From Eledone cirrhosa (lineage: Eukaryota), in the NCBI GenBank assembly GCA_964016885.1, contig OZ024743.1:243784001-243848000 (forward strand): DNA of 64,000 nt, written 5' to 3'. Of the stretch, positions 1 through 10,247 are shown one piece after another. The first letter of the stretch is position 1. Each line of letters begins with the position of its first letter. A program made the position numbers and the translations under genes. The notes under the pieces are model-generated. The model had not been told where the DNA came from and made no database searches. It saw only the letters and a list, made by a program, of their open reading frames with translations.

Positions 1-194
1 GAATGGACAGCTTTTTAGATATGTCTTCTTAAAGACACGACTGTGATGAAATTTTAAGTTTGATTTTAGATTTTCTCCCCTTTGCAACTTGTTTGGAACA
101 ACAAAGTTCCTTAATCCATAATCAACTCTTCTAGCATTTCACAGTCTCATCATCAACATATGGATTGTTGTTGACTTATTTTTACTGCCTCTTT

Positions 195-365
195 TATAGG
201 TCCCGTAACTTTGCGTTCCCCCACCCCACCAAAAGTGGATCGATAAAATAAGTACTAGGCCTGAAAAAAAAAAAGTACTGGTGCCGTTATGGTCGACTAA
301 AATCTCTCCCTTTAAGGCGGTACCCCACATAACCACAGTTTAATGACTGAAATCAGTAAAATAAT
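195..365 (+). mobile_element. Degenerate SINE (family C; second copy at ~10292-10446 on the minus strand)
   Basis: GATCGATAAAATAAGTACT ... AAGGCGGTACCCCACATAACCACAGTTTAATGACTGAAATCAGTAAAA aligns by eye to the reverse complement of 10292-10446. Confidence 0.55.
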
Positions 366-393
366 TCACTCACACACATACACACGCTCACAC

Positions 394-462
394 ATACATA
401 CATACATACATACATACATACATACATACATACATACATACATACATACATACATACATACA
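394..462. repeat. (CATA)n microsatellite
   Basis: Directly visible tandem tetranucleotide. Confidence 0.95.
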
Positions 463-618
463 CACAATGCACGTTTAAAAAAAAAACAGGGAGAACATGT
501 ATAACATTTTTAAAATTAGTAAAAAAAAAAGAGTTACCCACCCCACATTTGTCAACTCTCCCCACCCGACGGAGAGATCTCCCACCCAATCTGGGGTGGG
601 TGAGAGATGTCTTCTCTT

Positions 619-805
619 CGGTGGATTGGCAGTATCGGTAGAGGGTCGGACGCCATGCTTTCCAGCATAGTTACGTCCCTTTACGATCTGAGTTCAAATC
701 CCGCCGAGGTTGACTTTGCCTTTCATCCTTACGGGGTCGATAAAATAAAGTACCAGTAATGCACTGGGTAATTTCTGGCCTTGTGCCTAAAGTAGAAACA
801 ATTAT
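619..805 (+). mobile_element. tRNA-derived SINE with Meta-type central domain, short subfamily
   Basis: A-box-like TGGCAGTATCGG, B-box GAGTTCAAATCC, central GCCTTTCATCCTTACGGGGTCGATAAAATAAAGTACCAG, tail AAAGTAGAAACAATTAT; more than ten further copies or fragments in this window. Confidence 0.85.
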
Positions 806-1109
806 GTAATATCTCCCTATTTTGCTTCATTTCTCCCCGTTTTGGTCCCCGTTTGGGTTTTTAGAGGTTGGCAGGTTAGCCACCCCCTTATAAACCACAA
901 CCTGACCACCAATCGGGGTTACGTCTTTACTACAGTTAACAGATAACCTGGTGTATCTGTACATTAAACCATAAGAACCTTTATGTCCTGATTATCGACC
1001 CCGATTTCCTAGAGGTTATAAGATAGGATATATGGTTCAAGTACTTGCGAGAGTAGATAGACGTGCTTTTGAATCAAGATTTGACTTCTATTCAGCAGAT
1101 AAAAGATAA

Positions 1110-1400
1110 ATGAACCTCGATGATCACTGTTCTAGTTAAACGGAACGGTACACTCTTTAAACTAACGTGTAAGTTACCTAGCATTCCAGGCACACTTATG
1201 CTCTTAAGGAGATTCCCTAAACTTATGGAGATTCATCTTTAAACAGTGTGTGATAAGATTGGCCCTTTGAAATACAATTACAGCCCAGTCAATGGGCTTT
1301 CAAACAGTTCCAGTCTATCCAAGTTCTCTCACAAAGTTTGGATCGACCCAAGGCTTTGTTAAAAGCCCTTGTTCAACATGCCACGCACTGGGATTGAACA
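1110..1400 (-). mobile_element. Old degenerate CORE-type SINE fragment
   Basis: Patchy similarity to the copies at 13697-14018 and 54325-54665; B-box-like GTTCAATCC on the minus strand near 1391-1399. Confidence 0.4.
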
Positions 1401-1410
1401 TGCCTGTGTC

Positions 1411-1690
1411 CAGAGGCGTAGCTAAGGTATGGCAAGCATGACACGTGCCATGGGCGCCACATGAAGGGGGCACCACTTAAACTAGGGGCACGTTCTATTA
1501 AAGTCAAATAAGCCTCGTCGGAAAGTGGAAAAAGAAACTCCTTCAGATGTATGATGGGTGAGAACACTATGGTGGCTGGATCATTAAACCAGTTATATAA
1601 ATTATTAGGCCCATAGGTAAAAATACAGTGCTGGGCAGTGGCACAATTTCACTGCTTGCCATAGGCACTATTTCCCTAGTTATGCCTCTG
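1411..1690. mobile_element. Non-autonomous hAT-type DNA transposon (MITE), 280 bp
   Basis: Imperfect TIRs CAGAGGCGTAGCTAAGG / CCCTAGTTATGCCTCTG and a perfect 8-bp target duplication CCTGTGTC at 1403-1410 and 1691-1698. Confidence 0.85.
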
Positions 1691-1699
1691 CCTGTGTCC

Positions 1700-1960
1700 A
1701 CTCGTTAATTTAACCTGTAAGTGGCTGAGTATTCCACAGATACATGTTCACTTAACCTAATTCGGAACGAGATTCAGCGTGAAACAGCGTATGGAAATTC
1801 CAATTAAAGTCCACACAACGGGCTTCCACGCAGATTCTGTCAACTCGATTTCAGTCACGAAGCTTGGGTCGACCATTGGTCAATTTAAACAATGGGAATG
1901 AATTCGAAAAAACGTGGTTGCGAAGCGAACTCCTTAACCATATAACCTCGCTTGTGCCTA
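1700..1960 (-). mobile_element. Degenerate CORE-type SINE fragment
   Basis: GTGGCTGAGTATTCCACAGA...GAGATTCAGCGTGA shared with the 13697-14018 copy. Confidence 0.45.
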
Positions 1961-2199
1961 AATATTGAAAACAAACAAAATACACTGTCTGACGTCCATG
2001 GAATGTTTAGAATGGAAATATTTCTGACCAGGGACGAGAGTCTGTGTCAAAACAATTCCATGTTTTGATTAGCTATCGTGAATAACGTTTAAAAACAATA
2101 ACATCATAATCATCATAGTCGTTGTAATCGTCGTCAGATCACGCTCATCATCATGATTATAATCAACATCATCATCATCATCCTCTTGCTCCCCCACCG

Positions 2200-2345
2200 C
2201 TTCTTCTTCTTCTTCTTCTTCTTCTTCTGGAAGCAGAGTCCTCAAAAACTCCTACCAGCGGGTCCTGTCTGCAGCAACCGTCTCCAAACTGATCCGGCTG
2301 GATCCCCAAATGTGACCAGCCAAGCTCATGGATGTTATCTCACCA
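2200..2345 (-). mobile_element. 3' end of an RTE-type LINE with (GAA)n tail
   Basis: Minus-strand translation W*DNIHELGWSHLGIQPDQ/LETVAADRTRW*EFLRTL resembles the C-terminal W..D.I...DR..W motif of RTE ORF2; a trinucleotide tail follows. Confidence 0.55.
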
Positions 2346-2378
2346 TGGTTAAACATTTAATTGATCAATAAAATTTAA

Positions 2379-2669
2379 TTGATCATATTGACATATTGAC
2401 TGATCTATAGCAGTTATATAACTGTACATTATCAGACATCATGTATAGGTTCGATCAGACCGTCTTCTTCGGAAACAATCATTGTTTCCGAAGAAGACGG
2501 TCTGATCGAACCTATATATGAAGTCTGATAGTATACAGTTATATAACTGCTATAGATCAGTCAATATGTCAATATGATCAACCCTCCGAAACGATCGTAA
2601 AACAAAAATATGAATAGGTAAAATAACCTGACTTTATTGTTATTATTTCCATTGTTAAATAGATATTAA

Positions 2670-2670
<1 letters not shown>
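2379..2670 (+). mobile_element. Fold-back fragment of a Penelope-like element terminal repeat
   Basis: ~100-bp near-perfect inverted arms 2379-2479 / 2481-2581; the right arm continues through an HHR into a tail ending at (TA)n. Confidence 0.65.
2482..2605 (+). ncRNA. Type I hammerhead ribozyme, minimal stem III, long stem II (U4C core variant)
   Basis: TTGTTT-CCGAAGA-[~93 nt stem II region]-GAAA-CGATCG-TA-AAACAA; stem I TTGTTT/AAACAA, palindromic GATC loop. Confidence 0.75.
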
Positions 2671-2700
<30 letters not shown>

Positions 2701-2726
2701 TTGCATCATATATATATGATAATTAA

Positions 2727-3060
2727 GCTTGAGAACCACGGACGTGGCTTTTTAGTCCTGCTAGGGACTTGCCTAGGAGTCTCTCGCTCCACAAAAAATA
2801 CTTTATTGGATGGCCGTTGACTCTTGAGTTCTTCCGCCCTTTTAAGTGAGTTTTGTTTTTCGTCCCACAGGGTGTCGAAAATCATCCTCCCCACTGAGCA
2901 AGCTTGGTGGGGCTGTCGGCTTAGTCACCGACGACCCAACCATGTGACAGGTTGTACTGGGTTACATGTTACCAGTAGCAGTCAAGAGCGACCTGTTTTC
3001 AAAGTCCAGCAGTTGCTAGAGCGGGAGAGATCGTCCTAACAAGAACCAGTGGAGTTCGAA
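2727..3060 (-). mobile_element. Possible LINE (RTE-like) 5' UTR fragment
   Basis: GC-richer non-coding block that resembles recalled RTE leader sequences; no second copy in the window, so weak. Confidence 0.25.
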
Positions 3061-3511
3061 ATGCATCGACGATTGTCCCCCCTTGCTTCTGCTGGACACC
3101 GCTAGGTGGCGTTAGCTGCCAGTGTATTTGCATAGCTACGGCTTTCTAAATGTTTATTTATAAATATACCGTATTTCTTTAGAAATACGAAATTCAAATA
3201 CATATTTGTATACAGGTATGTTCGAAGCTAAATTCTAATTCCATTTTCTCTCTCTATATATGTGTGTGTGTATATATATATATATGTGTGTGTGTATGGA
3301 TGTATGTATGTATGTATGTGTGTGTGTGTGGGGGGGGGGCATGAATGAAGATTTTTAGGTAAACTTATTGTACATAAAATTATCGTATTTTAATTAGAAT
3401 CTTTCGTTGTGAGAAGAATGAAGTACGGTGTGTAAGCAGTGTTACCTATCCCTCCGTACACTGAAAAAAAAGAGATTATCTTTATGCATTTCAGATATCA
3501 TTGGCGCCTCG

Positions 3512-4632
3512 TCAGAGTGTAACTATTCTTATGATTCTATGTATGGATGAATATTAGCATAGTAAGAGGTAAATTGGGCAAGTTTCAAATGGTTATATTT
3601 CTAATTGTATAGATTTTGTTGGCACTACAAAGTATGCTAAATCTACTGTTTTTAGAGTTGTAGCCAATTTGAAGAAAAGTCAGGATGTTCAGAGAAAGCT
3701 TCACAGTCCTCGCAATGACCGAAAACACACACCTCGCTACTTAGTAGGACTTAAAAGATCGATTGAATCGAACCCATCAAAATCGACAGAGAAGTTGGCT
3801 CAAGATCAAGGAATCAGTAAAATGGTCGTTTCTTGGGATATGAGACAAGACCTCCAAATAAAAATCGTACGTGAGTAGACACTGTAACATATTAACTACT
3901 CGCTCCCAAGCTATTTGAGCTGAAAGAAGTCTCAAACTTCTTAGTCATTTGAAACATCGTGACGGAGACGTCCGCATCTTTCTTCATGGATGAAAAAAAG
4001 TTCATGGTAAGCGAAATTGCAAACCGTCAAAACTCCAAGTTCCTTCAGCTATGCATAGTAAGAATCCGGCTTCCATTATGGCCTTTGGAGTTGTTGCAAG
4101 TGATGAGAAATTGATGCCTGCTCATTTTATTGAAGAGTATCTTAAAATCAACATAGCATAGTATCTCAAAATTTTAGATGGAAGTCGAGTCATGTTTGTA
4201 CCGGACTCCGCGCTCGCCCATTCTTCGAAAAGAGTGCAAGCATTTTTGAAGAAGGAATTGCCCATATTTGTCCTTAACGATATCTGGCCCTCTAGCTCGC
4301 CAGATTTGAATCCGTGTGATATTTGGCTAAGAGGCACAGTTGAAGCAATATCGAACGCAACTTCTCACAACTGCGTGTCTTTCCTGAAGGTTTCGATCAA
4401 GCGAGCATTCGGTAAAATGAAAAAAGAAGGAATAGTTAAAGCATGCGCATCATTTCCTAAATAGATTGAACTGGTAAAGAAAGCAAATGGCGGTCACATT
4501 GAACTGAAATAAGTGTTAAACACTCCACAATAAATTAGCATAAACATAAAACTTGCAGTGTTTGATTTTTCCGAGTTATATCAATAATAACAAAGATATT
4601 TAAACGGCCCCAATTTACCTGTTACACCCTCT
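3512..4632 (+). mobile_element. Decayed Tc1/mariner transposon, maT (DD37D) group
   Basis: Fragmented transposase: HTH-like region (ORF 3669-3878), first Asp motif FMDEKKF near 3983-4003, and D-SALAH...WPSSSPDLNPC-D with 37 residues between the two Asp (ORF 4192-4464). Right TIR CCCAATTTACCTGTTACACCCTCT; left TIR pieces GTGTAAC and AGGTAAATTGGG. Confidence 0.88.
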
Positions 4633-4796
4633 ATACAAAGAAATGGTCAATCTAATTTTCAGAACGTGCATATATTTGGCGGCGTAATTAAATAAATAAT
4701 AACTATTCATGCTAGAACACATCGCATGTATGTGTGTGAGTGTGTATGTATTTATATATATTTATATACATCCATCCATATATTTCTATATATACA

Positions 4797-4827
<31 letters not shown>

Positions 4828-5014
4828 TAATTGTTTCTACTTTAGGCACAAGGCCAGCAATTATCCAGTGCATTACTGGTACTTTATTTTATCGACCCCG
4901 TAAGGATGAAAGGCAAAGTCAACCTCGGCGGGATTTGAACTCAGATCGTAAAGGGACATAACTATGCTGGAAAGCATGGCGTCCGACCCTCTACCGATAC
5001 TGCCAATCCACCTC
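4828..5014 (-). mobile_element. Meta-type tRNA SINE, short subfamily, near full length
   Basis: Reverse complement of 619-805 with few differences. Confidence 0.88.
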
Positions 5015-5049
5015 CAATATCCCATATTAATATATATATATATATTAAT

Positions 5050-5290
5050 ATGGGATAATAAGTTATCGTTATAGGTGATCCACTTAGAGGTAGTCCGGTT
5101 AGAGTACTCCGTGTTGTGAATGGTTTTAACGTGCAGCTTAGTTTGACTCAACAAGATGCTTCCATAGTGATGCAGCAAGTTCGTCGATCAAGCGATTAGC
5201 GAACTCTAGACGCAACAGATCAACGAAACAATTGTCAGCAATTTGAATAAAACCCTTAACGTATAGCCAACCATGTTACTCTTCTTTCTT

Positions 5291-5296
<6 letters not shown>
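5050..5296. mobile_element. Rearranged fragment of the Penelope-like family at 58961-60385
   Basis: 5050-5185 matches 60260-60385 inverted; 5188-5296 matches 60115-60224 direct, including the HHR 3' half GAAACAATTGTCAG; flanked by TA-rich tracts. Confidence 0.75.
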
Positions 5297-5634
<338 letters not shown>

Positions 5635-5675
5635 AATATATATATATAGAGAGAGCTATATATATATATATATAT

Positions 5676-5843
5676 TTTGTTTCTGAATTTGTTTAGCAAG
5701 ATTCTTTATCTGAAATCGTGGAACCAACCAACCAACCAGAAATTTATAAATTTATCAATTTATTATAAATTTATTATAATAAATTGAAGTGAAAGCAACT
5801 GGTGCGTGTGTTTCTTATTGGCAACATGACCCTCCCTAAGTAT

Positions 5844-5850
<7 letters not shown>
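5676..5850 (+). mobile_element. Terminal fragment of the HHR-bearing family at 23519-23900 and 55953-56801
   Basis: TTCTTATTGGCAACATGACCCTCCCTAAGTATAACAA is the reverse complement of 23519-23556; embedded in (TA)n. Confidence 0.7.
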
Positions 5851-5930
<80 letters not shown>

Positions 5931-5932
<2 letters not shown>

Positions 5933-6346
5933 CAGAAGGATATTCAATTTGTTGGTAATTCAACAAATATAAATGTTTATAACTGATTCAGAGCACTCGA
6001 CAGATTATTCTGGAGTATAATATTCAATGATATTAAATAAATGGATACTATATTTATAAAACCATATTTATTCTATTATATACATTCCAAGTGTACCAAA
6101 ATTTTGGTACGCTATCATCAGATAAAATACGAAGTGTGTTTTATAAATTTTGACATAACCAAGGAAAATATACCTTAACGGTTCAAGTTTTCCTTGACTA
6201 ACCTTAGTTATGTCAAAATTTATAAAACACACTTCGTATTTTATCTGATGATAGCGTACCAACATTTTGGTACCCTTGAAATATATATAATAGAATAAAT
6301 ATGGTTTTATAAATATAGTTTCCATTTATTTAATATCATTGAATTA
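5931..6346. mobile_element. Fold-back Penelope-like terminal repeat with two opposed HHR copies
   Basis: ~140-bp inverted arms (~6021-6163 / ~6202-6345) between (TA)n tracts; homologous to 7397-7680. Confidence 0.75.
6237..6297 (+). ncRNA. Minimal type I hammerhead ribozyme
   Basis: TATTTTAT-CTGATGA-TAGCGTACCAA..TTGGTACCCTT-GAAA-TATATA-TA-ATAGAATA. Confidence 0.8.
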
Positions 6347-6549
6347 TATATATATATATATATATATTTAATACATTAACAGAGAAAGCTTTAAGCGATA
6401 CTCTGACCAACTCCATCTCACTCAACAAACATTAGGATATACCTGAGTATATCCCAATTATGTGTTTGGGGTGCTAACTATATAGTATTCCGTGGATAGT
6501 TGGTTGTATTATTTTATATAAGACATAATTAAATAAATCTCTCTTTCTT

Positions 6550-6682
6550 TCCATACGATCGTTTCGTTATAAGATTTCTACAACATGGGAGAAATAATGT
6601 CCAAGTTATGTAGAAACTTGTATATAATCCATAGTGGGATTATATACAACACACAAGTGGGCCTTTATAACTCATCAGTGGA
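6550..6682 (-). ncRNA. Type I hammerhead ribozyme with intact core and branched stem II
   Basis: Minus strand: TCCA-CTGATGA-GTTATAA-[two internal hairpins]-TTATAAC-GAAA-CGATCG-TA-TGGA. Confidence 0.85.
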
Positions 6683-7009
6683 TACCCATGCAATATCAAT
6701 ATAAAAAAACTACATCGATATTAATATTCAGTGATGGTCTCTGTCAGTGCTAAAAGGACCGCCAAGTTTGAAAGCCCAGTAGTTCTTCAAAAAGAAATTT
6801 CACACTGTCCCCAAAAGGGAAGGGGAGGTCATCGTAAAATATAAAATAATATACACGTAGGTCATTGAACCCTTTTAGGTATTCTAACCACGTGTTTAAG
6901 AACTCAATTGGATATTAAAAAAAAATATATATATGTACGTACTATCTATACACACAGAGATATTAAAAAAATAATAAATATATGTACGCATTATTTATAT
7001 ATACATACG

Positions 7010-7282
7010 CATAGAGTTGCGGCCCTTGCCATTCTGAGTTCAAATCCCGCCGAGGTTAACTTTGCCTTTCATCCTTACGGGGTCGATAAAATAAAGTACC
7101 AGTAATACACTGAGTAATTGCTGGCTTTGTGCCAAAAAGTAGAAACAATTATTTATATATACATAGAGTTCAAATCCCGCCGAGGTTAACTTTGCCTTTC
7201 ATCCTTACGGGCCCGATAAAATAAAGTACCAGTAATGTACTGGGTACTTGCTGGCCTTGTGCCAATAGTAGAAACAATTATT
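7010..7282 (+). mobile_element. Two tandem 5'-truncated Meta-type SINE copies
   Basis: B-box to tail repeated at ~7034-7152 and ~7165-7282, each bordered by ATTTATATATACATA. Confidence 0.8.
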
Positions 7283-7362
7283 TATATATACATAGAGGTA
7301 TTTTCTCAGGCAAAATAACAGACATGAGATATAGGAAAAGGCAATCAATATTTCATATAAAG

Positions 7363-7396
<34 letters not shown>

Positions 7397-7402
<6 letters not shown>

Positions 7403-7676
7403 TATTAATAAATGGAAACTATATTTATAAAACCATATTTATTTTATTATACATATTTCAAGGGCAACCAAGGCAAATTATGGTGCGCTTTCATCAGATA
7501 AAATACAGATTTGTTTTATAAATAAATATTGACATACTCGAAAAAAAAGGTTTAAATATGGTTTTATAAATATAGTTTCCATTTATTAATACATTGTGTA
7601 ATTTACTCCACTAAATTGTTGAGTGCTTTATATCAGTTATAAACATTTTAAAGCTTGTTGAATCCCAACAAACCTC

Positions 7677-7680
<4 letters not shown>
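7397..7680. mobile_element. Second fold-back copy of the 5931-6346 family
   Basis: Inverted arms ~7397-7440 / ~7552-7597; tail 7600-7680 matches 5931-6017 inverted; (TA)n on both sides. Confidence 0.75.
7440..7505 (-). ncRNA. Minimal type I hammerhead ribozyme, intact core
   Basis: Minus strand: TATTTTAT-CTGATGA-AAGCGCACCA...TGGTTGCCCTT-GAAA-TATGTA-TA-ATAAAATA; perfect 8-bp stem I. Confidence 0.85.
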
Positions 7681-7730
<50 letters not shown>

Positions 7731-7731
<1 letters not shown>

Positions 7732-7918
7732 CGAAGGAAATGTGGTAAGGAACCAGGTGGACCATAACGCACCAAAGTACTCAATACTTAGGGTAGTAGA
7801 GTGGGTAATAGGAACAAGTAAGACCCCGACGGCTGAGCTCAAGCCGTTTCGACGGCTAATTCAGTCCAGAATTAGCCGTCGAAACGGTTTGAGCTCAGCC
7901 GTCGAGGTCTTACTTGTT

Positions 7919-7923
<5 letters not shown>
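7731..7923. mobile_element. Palindromic element made of two opposed HHR 3' halves, with a one-sided tail
   Basis: Arms 7808-7862 / 7869-7923; each reads stem II-GAAA-CGG(C/T)T..AGCCG-TC; homologs at 60453-60580 and 23941-23996; embedded in (TA)n. Confidence 0.7.
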
Positions 7924-8003
<80 letters not shown>

Positions 8004-8333
8004 TTACACACACACACACACTCACATACATTCATATATATGTGTGTGCGTGTATATACAATGTAGATAGAGATGTGTCGTGAAATATTTAATATATTTC
8101 TGGAATGAAGAGAGATAAGATATTAGTGTTAAAGGGCAAGGAGGAGATGAATGAAAGTTTCGCGGTGTGGGTGTATGTTTTAGTGTGTGCAACGTGTTGG
8201 TTTATATGTGAGTATCTCCCTCACTCCCTCTTTCTCTTCCCTCCTATCTTTCTTTCTTTCTTTCTTTATTTATTTATTTATTCATTTCGTTCTTTTTTCT
8301 TTTTTTCTTTCTTTCTTTGTTTCTTTCTTTCTT

Positions 8334-8335
<2 letters not shown>

Positions 8336-8394
<59 letters not shown>

Positions 8395-8432
8395 TCACTC
8401 TCTCTCTCTCTCTCTCTCCCTCTCTCTCTCTC
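8336..8432. repeat. (CT)n microsatellite
   Basis: Directly visible. Confidence 0.95.
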
Positions 8433-8534
8433 TATATATATATATATATGTTTATCCCGGGTTCAATCGGGGGTAACCACAGTAAGTAAGGTACTCAATT
8501 CAGTGCAGAGTATAAATGTTCAATATAGAAAAGC

Positions 8535-8579
8535 TTCTACAGGACTAGAACTGTTTCATTCGTGAGAAATTATCAGGAA
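8535..8579 (-). ncRNA. Type I hammerhead motif (G8A decayed) within repeat 8450-8579
   Basis: Minus strand: TTC-CTGATAA-TTTCTCACGAAT-GAAA-CAG-TTCTAGTC-CTG-TA-GAA; the homolog at 18722-18765 has CTGATGA. Confidence 0.65.
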
Positions 8580-9242
8580 TATATATATACATACACACAT
8601 ACGCACAAACACAAACACACAACATGACACGACACTATAACACACACACACACACACACACGTATCAAAGTATTCAAGACGTCTATTTCTTGTGTATGTA
8701 TTTGTTAGTACGTGCATGTGTGCATGTATGTGTTGGGTTTGTTTGTATGTGTGTTTCAGTACATGTATGTGTGTATGTGTACATGTATGTGTGTGTATGT
8801 GCTTTCGTTGGGCGTAGGTGTGTGTCGTGTGTGTAGAGGCGTGTGTGAGTGTGCGTGTGTAAGTGTCGCACGCGTGTTCATCGTGTGTATGTTTGTGTAT
8901 GTATGTGTGTGTATGTGTGCGTATACCTCTATGAACATTCAAGATCCTATTTGTAGATGTCAGTGCGCCAAACTAAACTCCTCCCTCTCACTATTCCCTT
9001 CGTCCGCCACAAATTCCTCCTCCCCGCCCCCACACCCTCCTTCTGACGTCATGTCCATCAGGTTTTCCCATTCCCCACCGCCACCGCTTTCCTCCACTCA
9101 GTCCCACTGGTGCCAGTCGTATTTGTTCTAGATAACCGCTTGAAGGGCTCTAGGCAACATATGCTGCCAGCCTAGCTAACAGAACCTCTACCTGGTCGAT
9201 CGTGCTACTACTGGATAGAAATAGCAGTCAAATCTCCCTTAA

Positions 9243-10247
9243 CCCATTCAATACTGATCAGCACGAGACCGCTGCTGGTTCTAAGATATCTCACTTTTAA
9301 GACGTTTATACATAAATTAAAACCCTTCATTATAATTTTATGTGAGCTTAAAGTACCAGTAATACACTGGGTAATTGCTGGCCTTGTGCCAAAAGTAGAA
9401 ACAATTATAATTTTATGTGAGCTTATTTTCTCATGATCTTAATAGCAACTTAATAATTGTTTCTACTCTTGGCACAAGGTCAGCAATTATCCCAGTGTAT
9501 TACTGGTACTTTATTTTATCGACTCCTAAAGATGAAAGGCAAAGTTAACCTCGGCGGGATTTGAACTCAGACCATAGTATATAATAATGGTTTCTTATAT
9601 AGACACAGGTCCAGCAATTTTGTGTGTGTGTGTGTGGAAAGTCAATTAAATCGACGCCAGTGCAGTACTGGTACTTTATTTTATCGACCCCGTGAGGATG
9701 AAAGTACCATAGTATATAATAATAGCAACTTAATAATTGTTTCTTATATAGGCACAAGGCCAGCAATTTTGGGGGCGGGGAGAGTCAATTAAATCGACCC
9801 CAGTGCGTGACTGGTACTTTATTTTATCGACCCCGTAAGGATGAAAGGCAAAGTTAATGATAAGTTATTTTATCAAATAATTTGTATGTATGGACCCGTA
9901 ACTCGCAGTTGTAGGGGCGCCGTAGTGATGACATACGATATATCTTCAACACAGCCAATTTCTTCGAGAAAAGGAAAGAGAAAGAAAGAGTGAGAGGAAG
10001 TGAGGAAGAGATAAAGAGGAAGAATCGACGCTTTGAACTGGAGTGGTACTTTTTTTATCGACCTTGAAAGGATGAAAAGCAAAGTTGACCTCGGCGGGAT
10101 TTCAACACATAACGCAGATAGCCAGAACGAATACTGCAAAGTTTTCTATCCGACATTCTGCCGACTTCGCCGCTTTTAAAATCTGTATCAAAGAATTATT
10201 GAAACATATATAGTGTGTATTTCGTAAGAAATATGGCAATGAAAGGG
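9243..10247. mobile_element. piggyBac-like non-autonomous element (TTAA target) with nested SINEs
   Basis: TTAA|CCCATTCAATAC at 9239-9254 and GCAATGAAAGGG|TTAA at 10236-10251 (9/12 TIR match). Confidence 0.55.

Noticed and set aside
619-705. tRNA gene
   Set aside because: The A/B boxes belong to a multi-copy SINE head; no cloverleaf could be drawn.
3096-3114. CTCF-like motif CCGCTAGGTGGCG
   Set aside because: A single partial motif match next to a probable repeat; cannot be supported from sequence alone.
3169-3216. Hairpin-GAAA-hairpin resembling an HHR 3' half
   Set aside because: AT-rich stems, no CUGANGA box and no second copy in the window.
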